DNA of 58,138 nt from Gemmatimonadales bacterium (GCA_041577295.1 JBFGJG010000029.1:1-58138); one strand, 5' to 3'; shown: positions 28,565 through 38,268, counted from the first letter of the stretch. Made by a program: numbers and translations. The notes: generated by a model not told the origin, from the sequence alone.

Positions 28565-29496
28565 TCAGTCCCTCCCACAGAGACCCGCTCGATGAACAGA
28601 TCCTCCAACGAGGCCTCGACCTGCGTTACCTCCCGAACGTCGTGCCCCTGTCGAACGAGCGTATTCCGGATGGTGGTGGGGTCGATCCGTGCGGGGTCCA
28701 CGCGCAGGTGCAGCCGATCTCCGAAGAGCGTAGCACCATGCACACCATTCACCACGCGAAGCGTTGCCTGGGCTTCACGCAGACGATCCGTCCGAATGGC
28801 CAGCACCTGGCCGGTGATCTGAGAACGCAGGGTGTCCGGCGCCGCGTGGGCGAGCAGCTTGCCTCGGTGCAGCAGCGCAACCCGGTCGAATCGCTCCGCC
28901 TCGTCCAGGTAGGCAGTGCTCACCACAACCGTGGTCCCTTCCGCGACCATCTCGTGGATAATGAGCCACAGGTCCCGCCGAGAAATGGGATCGACGCCAA
29001 ACGTTGGCTCGTCGAGGAGCAGGACGGGTGGCTGGTGGATCAGCGCGCACGACAGCCCGAGCTTCTGTTTCATGCCTCCGGAGAGCTTAGCCGCGAGGCG
29101 GTCGCGGAAGGGACCGAGGTTCGAGAAACGGAATAGTCGCTCGAGCCGGGCAGGCCGCGCAGTCTTTGGCACTCGGTAGAGGTCGGCGTAGAAGTGGAGG
29201 TTCTCCAGGACGGTGAGATCACCGTAGAGACCAAAGCGCTGTGACATGTACGCGAGATGGTGCTTCGCCGCCTCCGGATCGTGCACGACGTCGATGCCCA
29301 TGATCGTCATTGCACCGGCGGTCGGCCGCAGCACGCCCGCGAGCATCCGCAGCAACGTGGTCTTCCCAGCGCCATCGGGACCGACCACGCCGAACAACTC
29401 TCCACGCTCCACCGTGAAGGACACGTCGTCGAGCGCCGTCGACGTGCCAAAGCGGCGCGTGAGATGCTCCACCTGCACGGTGGGAGCGGAAGTCAC
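28561..29496 (-). CDS. ABC transporter ATP-binding protein (YbhF N-half-like)
   Basis: GPDGAGKTT, LSGGMKQKL and LLDEPTFGVD. Confidence 0.92.
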   Translation of the reverse strand: MTSAPTVQVEHLTRRFGTSTALDDVSFTVERGELFGVVGPDGAGKTTLLRMLAGVLRPTAGAMTIMGIDVVHDPEAAKHHLAYMSQRFGLYGDLTVLENLHFYADLYRVPKTARPARLERLFRFSNLGPFRDRLAAKLSGGMKQKLGLSCALIHQPPVLLLDEPTFGVDPISRRDLWLIIHEMVAEGTTVVVSTAYLDEAERFDRVALLHRGKLLAHAAPDTLRSQITGQVLAIRTDRLREAQATLRVVNGVHGATLFGDRLHLRVDPARIDPTTIRNTLVRQGHDVREVTQVEASLEDLFIERVSVGGTE

Positions 29497-30497
29497 TCTT
29501 CGTTCATATCCAGCCGAACATCGGTGGGCATGCCCGACTTGAGGTCCTGGAGCGCGTCACCGATGATGCGGACTTTTACGGCATAGACTAAGCGCACCCG
29601 CTCCTCGGCGGTCTGCACGTTCTTCGGGGTGAACTCCGCCTCGGAGGCGATGAACGACACTTCACCGCGGTACGCTCGGTCCGGATAGGTGTCGGTCGTG
29701 ATCTCCGCCGTTGTCCCCAGCTTGACCGCGGCGATCCGGTCCTCGGGAACGTAGATCCGAACCCAGCGATCCGCCGGGTTCATCACGGTGAGGACCGGAC
29801 CGCCCGCCTGCACGATCTCACCAGGTTCGCGATGGCGCACCGTCACGACGCCATCGAACGGCGCGGTGATGGTCAAGTTTGCTAGCGTCGCCTCGACGGC
29901 CCGCACGGTGGCTACTGCTTGTGCGAGTTGTGCACGTTGCGCTTGAATGCGTTCCGGTCTTGGCCCTGCCTCGAGCAGGCGCAGTGCTTCCGCCGCTTGG
30001 TCTCGCTGGTCGGACGAGAGCTCTTGCTGCAACACAGCCTTGTCGTGGGCCTCGCGACTGATTGCGCCTCCTTCAAACAGCCGGTTCGCACGTTCGAGAT
30101 CGCGCTCCGCATCCGCGTGGCGCTTGCCGGCCGCGTCGGCGACGGCGCGCGCTTGGCGGATCTCTTCCGAGCGCGTACCCCGCTCGAGCTCCAGCAAGAG
30201 TGCCCGCGCCGCCGCCACCTGGGCCTCGGCTTGCGCTTTCCTCGCCTCCATCTCCTCAGATTCCAGACGTGCGAGCACGTCGAGAGCCGCCACACGGTCC
30301 CCTTCGCGAGCCAACACCTCGTCAATCCGACCCGGCGCTTGAAAACCGAGACGCGCCTCCGTTGCTTCGACAATTCCCGACGCCGTGAACTCCTGTGGCG
30401 CCGAGGTCCTGCGCACCAACCACCAGACCAGTGTCCCGACGATCAGGATCAACCCTCCGACGACGAGGAAGGGCAACCGCGTTTTGAACCTGCTCAT
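29493..30497 (-). CDS. HlyD-family adaptor (YbhG-like)
   Basis: N-terminal TM, long coiled coil and EAEFTPKNVQT...LVYAVK. ATG 30497 overlaps the TolC stop (ATGA). Confidence 0.9.
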   Translation of the reverse strand: MSRFKTRLPFLVVGGLILIVGTLVWWLVRRTSAPQEFTASGIVEATEARLGFQAPGRIDEVLAREGDRVAALDVLARLESEEMEARKAQAEAQVAAARALLLELERGTRSEEIRQARAVADAAGKRHADAERDLERANRLFEGGAISREAHDKAVLQQELSSDQRDQAAEALRLLEAGPRPERIQAQRAQLAQAVATVRAVEATLANLTITAPFDGVVTVRHREPGEIVQAGGPVLTVMNPADRWVRIYVPEDRIAAVKLGTTAEITTDTYPDRAYRGEVSFIASEAEFTPKNVQTAEERVRLVYAVKVRIIGDALQDLKSGMPTDVRLDMNEE

Positions 30498-31849
30498 AGC
30501 GTCGACCCCACCAAACGGGAAAGCCATGCGAGACTCAGATCACCGGTGATGCGTGCAAGCTCGACCCACACCGCAACCACCGCATGCTGCGCCTCGGTCA
30601 ACGCGGCGCGTGCCGTGAGGAGATCGGCCTCCGCGCGGAGGTACTCCGTCTGTGTCCCCGACCCCGTATCGAGGCGCAGCCGTTCGATGCGCACCACTTC
30701 GGCGAAGCGATCGACCGCGACCCGTAGACTCGCGGCCCGCGCCGCGGCCTCAGCAGCCCGTAGCCGTGTTTGGTCCATGGCGTGGAGCGCTTCGAGCTCG
30801 ACCAACCGCACACGCTCCTCCGCCGCTCGGTGCGCCGCCGCCGCCCGGGCCGCCGCTCGGCTCACGGATCCGCCGGTGAAAATCGGATACGTCAGCTGCA
30901 CGCCGACATTCCACTCGGCCGTGAAATGCCCATCCGCGGACCCGCGATCGAGCCAGGCGCCGACGAGCTCGAAGCGTGGCCACCGTCTTCCCCGTGCCAC
31001 TGCGCGACCGGCCCGGGCGGCGGCGGCATTCCCTCGAGCGCGCGTTACCCAAGGGTTCTTGGCTAACACACGCGCGGAGAGGCTGTCCGCATCGGGGGAA
31101 GCGATCTCGCTCCAACGCACGGGTACGAGGTGTTCCGCGCTGGTTTGCTCAGGCGTCATGCCGATCAGTCGCGCGAGATGGCGCGTCGCAAGCTCGAGCT
31201 CACCGTGCCGCCCCACACGTTCCGCCTCGGCACTCGCCAGCGCGGCCTCGACGCGCAACTGCTCGACCTCAGCAGCGGTCCCGGCCTGTCGTTGCTGCAG
31301 AACGCGCGCGCGCTCCGCGGCAAGCGCAGCGATGCGCTGATCGTGCGCCTCGAGAACATCCTGGAGACTCAAAACCGCGAGATAGCTGACCACCGTGTTG
31401 GCAATGAGCTCCTGTGTGGCGTCCTCAGTGTGTGCGTCGGCTGCGACCGCTCGCTCTCTCGCCTCGCGCACCCGCGCGCGACGGGCGCCGCCGTCAAACA
31501 GCGTGTAGCTGAGCGTGGCGCCGCCCTGGAAGAGGGTGCGGTCGAACGGCGGGGTCTGTCCCGGCTGGAAACCGTGAATGGGACTGACGATCATCGGTTC
31601 TTGGTACTGCATCGCGCTGCCGATGAGTACGAATGTGGGAAACCACGCCGCGCGAGCCTCCCCTACCGCGGCGTGCGCGCCCTTGCGCTCTGCCGCGGAC
31701 AGCCTGACGGCCGGCGCGTGCTCGAGGGCCCGCTCCACCGCCTCGAGCAACGAAAGACTCGGCGCGTCCGGTTCCGCTTGCGCAGACACCTGGCCAACCG
31801 AGAACACGCTCGCGAGCAGGGCGATGTGGGCAACCCTGACGCCAGTCAC
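30494..31849 (-). CDS. TolC-family outer membrane protein
   Basis: Signal peptide, LSLLEAVERAL, WFPTF and YPIFTGG OEP repeats. Confidence 0.88.
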   Translation of the reverse strand: MTGVRVAHIALLASVFSVGQVSAQAEPDAPSLSLLEAVERALEHAPAVRLSAAERKGAHAAVGEARAAWFPTFVLIGSAMQYQEPMIVSPIHGFQPGQTPPFDRTLFQGGATLSYTLFDGGARRARVREARERAVAADAHTEDATQELIANTVVSYLAVLSLQDVLEAHDQRIAALAAERARVLQQRQAGTAAEVEQLRVEAALASAEAERVGRHGELELATRHLARLIGMTPEQTSAEHLVPVRWSEIASPDADSLSARVLAKNPWVTRARGNAAAARAGRAVARGRRWPRFELVGAWLDRGSADGHFTAEWNVGVQLTYPIFTGGSVSRAAARAAAAHRAAEERVRLVELEALHAMDQTRLRAAEAAARAASLRVAVDRFAEVVRIERLRLDTGSGTQTEYLRAEADLLTARAALTEAQHAVVAVWVELARITGDLSLAWLSRLVGSTL

Positions 31850-32466
31850 GGCGCCGCTCCTGGAGGCGGCGCGAGACCCGCCCGCACAAAGCCCACGACG
31901 CTATCCACGAGTTGGGCAAGCTTGTCCGGATCGGCTTGATCGAGCGACGTCCCCTCGCGGAGCGCATCCCGCATGAGCGTGAGAAAGATGGGTTGCGACC
32001 CCACGCTCAAGGCCATAAGGAGCGGATCTCCGGATCGGATGGACCCGTCGCGCTGTCCTTCGGCGATCAGGATGGACAGAAGCCCAATGTTGCTACGCAT
32101 GGTGCGTCGGCCAGCCTCAGGCATTGGGCGTGAGCCCGCGAGGTGGTGGGCGAGGAGCTTGGGTAGCTCAGGGTGCTCGGTGAGAAACGCAAAAAGTCCG
32201 CGGACAAAACGGTCGATACGGCTTAGCGCATCGCCTGAGCCACCCGACGCGCGGGCGAGGTGCTGGACGCTTGGCTCCACCACTGCCTCGAACACCGCAT
32301 CGTAAAGCGCTTCCTTAGATCCAAAGTGGTAAGTAATTGCTCCCAAATTGGTTCCGGCTTCCCGGGTGATGGCCCGAACGGACGTGCCTTCATAGCCGTG
32401 CCGCGAGAACAGACTCGTGGCTGCGGCGATCAGGCTGGAAGCAGTCCCATTCTTGGTATCATACAT
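31846..32466 (-). CDS. TetR/AcrR-family regulator (CecR/YbiH-like position)
   Basis: HTH LFSRHGYEGTSVRAITREAGTNLGAITYHFGSKEAL. First gene of the exporter operon; ATG 32466. Confidence 0.92.
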   Translation of the reverse strand: MYDTKNGTASSLIAAATSLFSRHGYEGTSVRAITREAGTNLGAITYHFGSKEALYDAVFEAVVEPSVQHLARASGGSGDALSRIDRFVRGLFAFLTEHPELPKLLAHHLAGSRPMPEAGRRTMRSNIGLLSILIAEGQRDGSIRSGDPLLMALSVGSQPIFLTLMRDALREGTSLDQADPDKLAQLVDSVVGFVRAGLAPPPGAAP

Positions 32467-32498
32467 ACGTTTGACTTGTTTCAAACGTATGTATGATA
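32457..32498. promoter_or_regulatory. Perfect 18-bp-arm inverted repeat, probable TetR operator
   Basis: TATCATACATACGTTTGA-cttgtt-TCAAACGTATGTATGATA. It spans the TetR start codon and a minus-strand -10 (TATCAT 32498-32493); a TTGCAT -35 lies at 32522-32517. Confidence 0.8.
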
Positions 32499-32597
32499 GC
32501 ACCGGAGCCGCCGTGGATGCAAGAGTCGTTTCAAAGGGCTGACGGGATCGTGAATGACAGAGGGGGACAGAAGCGAATAGAGATAATTGGTGCCCCT

Positions 32598-33230
32598 CTA
32601 TCCCCCTCTACTCCCGTCTATCCTCTCTAGTCTCGGTGGCCTCGGGCCGTGGCGTGGGGCGGTAGCGGCGGTGACATATTGGAGCCGATGACCCGCTTCT
32701 GCGCAGCGCAGCATCAAGCCACCCCGACTCATGTCCCCGCGCCCAACGAACTCCTCTGGGTAGTACAGGCGTGTCCCAAACGTTTCGAGCAATGGATCGA
32801 GGTATTTCGCGGTCGCCACGCTACCGAGCAGCACTACCCGATCCTCGCTATCGAGCACCTCGTCGAGAGCGCGGCTTTTCGACAAGAGGGGGTCACGGAA
32901 CCGCGGATCGGCCTCATCGACCGGGACGCAGGCCATGGCGCGGAGATCACCCAAGGTGATAGGGGTGTCCGCGGGAACGAGACCGTGTCCGGGGGCGATG
33001 ATGTGGGCGCCGGACACGCCGTCGGGCGCCTCGGCGAACCGCCGAGCGTACGCCATCTTGCCTCGGAAATACAGTCCGCTCATGAAGGCAAAGACCTCGC
33101 CGAGCGGCGCACCCGAGTCGTTTGCCAACCCGAAATGCAGCCGCTCGGGTCCCCCGCCCACGAGAAGGGTTCCCGCCCGCTTGCCAGCGCAGTTGGCGGG
33201 GGACAGCAAATAGACTGTATGACGCCGCAC
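32598..33230 (-). CDS. Hypothetical protein
   Basis: Globular-looking 210-aa ORF (LLSPANCAGKRA, SGLYFRGK, VLLGSVATAKY, GRGDMSRGGLML), 10 nt downstream of the YIP1 gene. Confidence 0.75.
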   Translation of the reverse strand: MRRHTVYLLSPANCAGKRAGTLLVGGGPERLHFGLANDSGAPLGEVFAFMSGLYFRGKMAYARRFAEAPDGVSGAHIIAPGHGLVPADTPITLGDLRAMACVPVDEADPRFRDPLLSKSRALDEVLDSEDRVVLLGSVATAKYLDPLLETFGTRLYYPEEFVGRGDMSRGGLMLRCAEAGHRLQYVTAATAPRHGPRPPRLERIDGSRGG

Positions 33231-33240
33231 CCGGCGCTCG

Positions 33241-33756
33241 CTACGCCGCTCCCAGCACGCCGAGGATGGCTCGTGGGATCAAGATCGCGAGCCAGCCGAG
33301 AACTGCGGTGAGCACGGCCTTGCCGGTACTGAAGTCCAGCGCTTGACGGATGGCGATGATGCCGGCGACGAGCGCCCAGATCGCGGTGGCAAACAACACC
33401 AGTCCACCCAGAATGGGGAGGAAGCCAAAAACCGAGAGCACGAGCGGGGTCTGCGCAAAGCCAAGCGTCCGCAGCAGCTCGCCCCACGTCGCCGTACCTC
33501 CCAAGAGCTTGTCGCCGATGAGATAGGTCACGCCGGACCAGATCAGCCACCCAACGATCGCCGCAATGGCGCCACCGATGATACCACGCCCTCCGTACCC
33601 GGATGCCCCAATGGCCTGTGCCACGGCGACCAGGAGCACGACACCCCCCGCCTGCGCGGTCGCAGTGTTGTCGGCCTCAACCTCTTCGTAGGTCGGGACA
33701 TCCAGCATGGCCGCCCCTTTCATCCGCTCCACCATGGTATGCCGTGTCGTCTGCAT
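33241..33756 (-). CDS. YIP1-family membrane protein
   Basis: AAGGAG RBS, TYEEVEAD, LLRTLGFAQTP, AIRQALD and five hydrophobic helices. Confidence 0.85.
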   Translation of the reverse strand: MQTTRHTMVERMKGAAMLDVPTYEEVEADNTATAQAGGVVLLVAVAQAIGASGYGGRGIIGGAIAAIVGWLIWSGVTYLIGDKLLGGTATWGELLRTLGFAQTPLVLSVFGFLPILGGLVLFATAIWALVAGIIAIRQALDFSTGKAVLTAVLGWLAILIPRAILGVLGAA

Positions 33757-33904
33757 CGTGTCTCCTTGAAGAATGGATCCCGCTGCGCCACCAAGTTTGG
33801 CATCCCTACCGGCTTGACGGAACCCGCTCCGCCCCGTGAAGGTTCGAACGGCCGGCGCGGCGGTTGCCGTCGGCCACGAGCCTCGTCTACTTCGCGGAGC
33901 GGTC

Positions 33905-34729
33905 GTGTCGCACACCCCACATCCCCCATCCGCCCTCCATCACTTAAGGGAACTGTCCGGCGAGCTAGCGGCCCGGACCCCGGCCGTGTTCCTCGATTAC
34001 GACGGGACGCTGACCCCCATCGTCGACCGGCCAGAGCTGGCACGCTTATCAGCAGCGATGCGCGCGACACTGCGACATCTCGCGGCGTGCTGTTTCGTTG
34101 CGGTGGTGAGCGGCAGGGATCGCAAGGACGTCGAGCGGCTGGTGGGACTCGACATGTTGATCTATGCCGGAAGCCACGGGTTCGACATTGCGGGACCCAA
34201 CGGAGTGACGATGCAACACCCTGCCGGCGATGAGGTCGTTGGTCAACTCGAGGACGCCGCCGCCCAGCTCCGTCAGATGCTTGGCCAAGTGCCTGGGGTC
34301 CTCGTCGAGCTGAAGCGATACGCGCTCGCCGTCCACTTTCGTCTCGTCGCGGACACGGATGTCCCGGCCGTTCGACAGGCGGTCGAGACCGTGGTCCTTA
34401 GCACGCCCGGACTGCGCATCACCTCAGGCAAGAAGATCTTCGAGCTTCGGCCTCGTTTCGAATGGGACAAGGGCAAGGCCGTGCTGTGGCTGATGGATGC
34501 CTTCTCACTCGATGCCCAGACAACGCTGCCACTCTATCTCGGTGATGACTCGACCGACGAGGATGCCTTTGTGGCCTTGGAGTCCATCGGAGTCGGTATA
34601 CTCGTGGGACCCCACCCCGACGATGGTTCGAAAGCGCGTTTCACGCTCGCAAACACGGAAGAGGTTCGTGAGTTCTTGGAGTACCTCGTGGGAGAGGTGG
34701 GTCGGCGCCCGGGCCGACCGACTGGATGA
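33905..34729 (+). CDS. otsB: Trehalose-6-phosphate phosphatase
   Basis: FLDYDGTLTPIV, VVSGR, YAGSHG, GKKIFELRP, WDKGKAV and LGDDSTDEDAF. Start taken as GTG 33905 after GGAG; uncertain. Confidence 0.92.
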   Translation: MSHTPHPPSALHHLRELSGELAARTPAVFLDYDGTLTPIVDRPELARLSAAMRATLRHLAACCFVAVVSGRDRKDVERLVGLDMLIYAGSHGFDIAGPNGVTMQHPAGDEVVGQLEDAAAQLRQMLGQVPGVLVELKRYALAVHFRLVADTDVPAVRQAVETVVLSTPGLRITSGKKIFELRPRFEWDKGKAVLWLMDAFSLDAQTTLPLYLGDDSTDEDAFVALESIGVGILVGPHPDDGSKARFTLANTEEVREFLEYLVGEVGRRPGRPTG

Positions 34730-36240
34730 AGCTCGTGACGTACACCTTCGACGAGTTCCGGGCGCGCAGCAACACCAACTGGTACGACGATGACGAGCTA
34801 TTGCAGCGGCTCGTCGCTGCGTTCGGCACAGTTTCGGCGTCCACTGAGCTGAGCGCGTGGGGCGAGCTCTGTCGCACGACCCTGCGCGAGCTGGCCGAAC
34901 GGTCCGCGCTGCTCGAGAACCGCCCAGTCCTCCGACCTGCAGACGCGTACCATCGTCCGGTGGACGAGATCGTTCTCCCGCCCTCGACCATGCGCGCCCT
35001 GCAGATCGTCGAAGGCGAGCATCGGCTCGGGGCCGTGCACGGGGACCCGTACGCCTTCTATGCCAAGTGGTACCTCTACCTGCAGAACGGGGAGGCCGGT
35101 GTTGGATGCTCACTCGCCTGCACGGACGGAATGGTACGCATCCTCGAGCGCCTAGGTGACCAGCCGATCCATAGCCAGGTGGTGCAGCAGGTTCGCGAGT
35201 CCACGCCAGATCTGTTCGTCCACGGCGCGCAGTTCGTCACCGAGATCCAGGGCGGCTCCGATGCCGGAGCGAACCTGATGCAAGCACGTTCGTCATCGGG
35301 TCGGTGGACGCTACACGGTCAGAAGTGGTTTTGTTCAAACATCAACGCCGACTATTTCCTCGTGACGGCCAGACCTCCCGACGCTCCACAGGGGGGGTCG
35401 GGCGTTGGGCTGTTTCTGGTCCCTGCGTATCGAGACGAGGATCGGCGACAGCGGAACGGTTACCGGATCGATCGGCTGAAGGACAAGCTGGGCACGTGCG
35501 AGTTGGCCACCGCCGAGGTCACCTTCGCCAATGCGAAAGCCTATGCAGTCGGGCCGCTCGATCGCGGACTCGCGAACCTAGTTTCGGACGTCTTGGTCAC
35601 ATCCCGATTTGCATGCCTCTGCGTTGCCGCGGCGTTTCTGCGTCGAGCCGAGCGGATAGCGACCACGTACGCAGCGTTCCGCAAGGCGTTTGGTCACAGG
35701 TTGATCGAGTATGCGTTGGTACGAGAGCCGTTGGAGGCGCTACGCACCGCCCGTGAGCGGAGCCTCGCGTCAGTGTTTCGATTGCTCCAGATGTGGCAGG
35801 CCGCCGAACGCTCACAGGATGAGCAATCAGATGAAACGCTCGACTTCCGTTACATGCTTGGTCTGTGCAAGGTGGTGTTTACGCGTTTGGCAACTGAGCA
35901 CCTTCACGACGCCATGCTCGTGCTGGGTGCCAACGGATTGGAAGAGCAGTTCAGTCCACTTCCCCGCCTGTGGCGGGACGCTGTGGTCATGGAGACTTGG
36001 GAGGGGCCGCACAATGTGCTTTTGACCCAGGCGTTACGAGACATGCGCAGATTCGAGTTGGATCCGGCTCGGTTCGTCGAACGGATGGCGGGTGAGAGCC
36101 GCCGGGATCTCGTCGAGGAGCTAGCAGCCGTTTTGCAGGCCGGGAACGATTCTCTATCACCCGTGCGGTTCGCGCGTTGGGCACCAAAACTGGTAGCGGC
36201 ATTCGGTGACTGCGCCCGTGACGCCGTCGGCACGAAGTGA
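34726..36240 (+). CDS. Acyl-CoA dehydrogenase family protein (AidB-like)
   Basis: TEIQGGSD, GQKWFCSN, RLKDKLGT and ETWEGPHNV. ATGA overlap with otsB. Confidence 0.88.
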   Translation: MKLVTYTFDEFRARSNTNWYDDDELLQRLVAAFGTVSASTELSAWGELCRTTLRELAERSALLENRPVLRPADAYHRPVDEIVLPPSTMRALQIVEGEHRLGAVHGDPYAFYAKWYLYLQNGEAGVGCSLACTDGMVRILERLGDQPIHSQVVQQVRESTPDLFVHGAQFVTEIQGGSDAGANLMQARSSSGRWTLHGQKWFCSNINADYFLVTARPPDAPQGGSGVGLFLVPAYRDEDRRQRNGYRIDRLKDKLGTCELATAEVTFANAKAYAVGPLDRGLANLVSDVLVTSRFACLCVAAAFLRRAERIATTYAAFRKAFGHRLIEYALVREPLEALRTARERSLASVFRLLQMWQAAERSQDEQSDETLDFRYMLGLCKVVFTRLATEHLHDAMLVLGANGLEEQFSPLPRLWRDAVVMETWEGPHNVLLTQALRDMRRFELDPARFVERMAGESRRDLVEELAAVLQAGNDSLSPVRFARWAPKLVAAFGDCARDAVGTK

Positions 36241-36319
36241 CATTGGACGCGGTGCTGCCCCACAGATAGATTCCCCTCCTTACGATGCTGACGGACGCGA
36301 CCGGCTAAGGAGAAGTCGT

Positions 36320-36562
36320 ATGCCCATTACGATCGAACGGTTCGTAGAGAAGATCGAGAAGCTCAAGGCGGAGATGGACACCGGCAAGCTCAAGCACGGT
36401 GAGTACGACATGCGCCTGGCGAGAATCATCACGGAGCTTCGTGACGAGAAGCTCGCCGCTGATCGTGACAAGCTCTCTACGACGATCGACAACTTGCTTG
36501 AACGGGGAGTGATCACCCCCTCCGTGAAGACCCATCTGCGAAAGCGATTGGGACTAGAGTAG
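36320..36562 (+). CDS. Small helical hypothetical protein (80 aa)
   Basis: Strong TAAGGAG RBS before ATG 36320 (MPITIERFVEKI...), with GC-ending codon bias. Confidence 0.75.
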   Translation: MPITIERFVEKIEKLKAEMDTGKLKHGEYDMRLARIITELRDEKLAADRDKLSTTIDNLLERGVITPSVKTHLRKRLGLE

Positions 36563-36589
36563 CGGGAGAGAAGGAATAGAGGGGAGAGA

Positions 36590-36628
36590 GGGGATAGAGG
36601 GTCGACCCTCTATCCCCTTTCCGCTTTT
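36590..36628. terminator. Palindrome between convergent genes
   Basis: GGGATAGAGGGTCGACCCTCTATCCC is a perfect palindrome, followed by a pyrimidine/T-rich tract. Confidence 0.6.
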
Positions 36629-37191
36629 TAGCTCTCCCGATCGAATACGAGGCGAAACTCAACTGGCTCCTCCAGCCGATCTCCTTCGATCCGCACCAGT
36701 TGCTCGAGCTTGAGACCGTCGGCCGCGAGGCCAAACGACTCTCGCATCGTGCCGCGTTGGCTCACACGCTCCACCCTGAGGCCCCCTTCCACCCATGACG
36801 CCGTCAACTGAACCACAACGCCATCGTGCAGCGTGTGTTCCACCGTGCGCCCGTCCGTGAAGAGTGTTCGTGCCCGGCGACCGCGTGCAATCGTGATCGT
36901 CGAGTCGGTCTGGGTGATGGTGAGCGACCGGGCGCTGCGTGCGCCGGGATGGGGTCCGCCGCCGGGCCGTTCCCTACCAGGTCCTGCAAACGGCTTTCCA
37001 ATCCGACCAGCAGGTCGCTCGCTCTCTTCGCGATTCAAGATCCAGGTGCCGGAAAGATCCACCTGACCTGCCGAGGCGAGGCTAGCGTCGAGTTGTTCAC
37101 TCCCCAGGGCATCGGTACACGCGAGAGCCACTGGTAAGAGCACGAACGCCAAAGCTCCAGCGATCGCTGAAGCGCGGTGACTACGTGACAT
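36628..37191 (-). CDS. Putative lipoprotein (beta-barrel/lipocalin-like)
   Basis: GGAGG RBS, lipobox ALAC, DLSGTWILNREES, LTITQT and C-terminal RLVFDR. Confidence 0.75.
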   Translation of the reverse strand: MSRSHRASAIAGALAFVLLPVALACTDALGSEQLDASLASAGQVDLSGTWILNREESERPAGRIGKPFAGPGRERPGGGPHPGARSARSLTITQTDSTITIARGRRARTLFTDGRTVEHTLHDGVVVQLTASWVEGGLRVERVSQRGTMRESFGLAADGLKLEQLVRIEGDRLEEPVEFRLVFDRES

Positions 37192-37241
37192 GATCCCCTC
37201 CCATGTTTGGTCTAACGTCGTGACCGCTTTGTCATGAGAGT

Positions 37242-37332
37242 GACAGCTGAGTATCGGAAAACGTTTCTGTCCCTTCTCTCCCCTCCATCCCTCCGATGCC
37301 CTCTCCTTAACATCTGCCCCCCCTCAGCTGTC
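37242..37332. promoter_or_regulatory. Two divergent ECF-type promoters (AAC-N18-GTC)
   Basis: Plus strand: AAC 37309-11 ... CTCAGCTGTC ending 37332. Minus strand: AAC 37265-63 ... CTCAGCTGTC ending 37242. Spacing is identical and the 10-mer is shared. Confidence 0.65.
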
Positions 37333-37346
37333 TCCCATGTAGAGCC

Positions 37347-37922
37347 ATGGCCGAGCCGACAACCCCGGTGGCGGATGAGACCCTCGTTGAGGAGGTACGG
37401 CGCGGCAGCGCGGCGGCCTTCGACACGCTCGTCCGCCGACATTATCGGGCTGCGTTTGCCGTCGCTTTGGGCACTTGTGGGAACGCGATGGACGCCGAGG
37501 ATGTCTGCCAGGATGCCTTCCTCCGCGCTTTGGAGCGGTTGGAGGACTGCCGACATCCAGAGCGCTTCGCCGCCTGGCTCCTGCGGATCGTCCGCAACCG
37601 CGCCCACAACTTTCGGGAGTACCGCGCCATCAGGGCAGGCGTCCCGTTGGAGGGGATGAGTCCGACAAGCTCATCAGACTCGGCTCGCGATCTGTTACGG
37701 GCCGAGCTGCGCGGCCGCCTCGAGCGGGCGCTCGCGCTGCTGAGCACGCCGGAACGACAGGTCGTCCTCCTTCACGACCTCGACGGATGGAGACACCGTG
37801 AGATCGCCAATGCGCTCGAGATCAGTGAGACTCGGTCCAGGCAGTATTTGTTTCACGCGCGTCGTAAGCTACGTGACGCTCTTGGCGCAGATGTTTTGCA
37901 GGAGTACCTCCATGAAGCATGA
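37347..37922 (+). CDS. ECF sigma factor
   Basis: Region 2 (DAEDVCQDAF...FAAWLLRIVRN) and region 4 (VVLLHDLDGWRHREIA...LFHARRKL). Confidence 0.93.
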   Translation: MAEPTTPVADETLVEEVRRGSAAAFDTLVRRHYRAAFAVALGTCGNAMDAEDVCQDAFLRALERLEDCRHPERFAAWLLRIVRNRAHNFREYRAIRAGVPLEGMSPTSSSDSARDLLRAELRGRLERALALLSTPERQVVLLHDLDGWRHREIANALEISETRSRQYLFHARRKLRDALGADVLQEYLHEA

Positions 37923-38268
37923 CCGCGTTGACTTCAATGCACTGGATCCCACAGCAGATCCGCGGCGGTTCGATGACACTGTCCGCGCGATCACTAGCGG
38001 CGCAGCCTCGGAACTCGTTCGTCGACGCGCCGTCGCTAGCGTTGTGGGACAGATCGTTATCTGGCGACGGCCGCTGCTCATGGCTGCGACCCTCACCGCT
38101 TTGGTCTCCGGGACCGCCTTGTGGCATGCCCACCGGTCGTCGCAGGCAGCGCAGACATCCGGCGTCGTCGAGGCGCTAGGCGTTCCCGCGTTCATGGCCT
38201 CGTGGGTGAGAGCCGATGAGACGCCTACACCGGCACAGCTGTTGGTCGCGCTCGAGGAGGATCGATGA
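37912..38268 (+). CDS. Putative single-pass anti-sigma factor
   Basis: AGGAG RBS inside the sigma gene and one central TM helix. Overlaps both neighbours. Confidence 0.65.
   Translation: MKHDRVDFNALDPTADPRRFDDTVRAITSGAASELVRRRAVASVVGQIVIWRRPLLMAATLTALVSGTALWHAHRSSQAAQTSGVVEALGVPAFMASWVRADETPTPAQLLVALEEDR

Noticed and set aside
18463..31340. Long alternative-frame and antisense ORFs (e.g. 18463..19707, 20028..21320, 23332..24888, 29919..31340)
   Set aside because: These are shadow ORFs expected in GC-rich coding DNA. They have no motifs and fully overlap well-supported genes.
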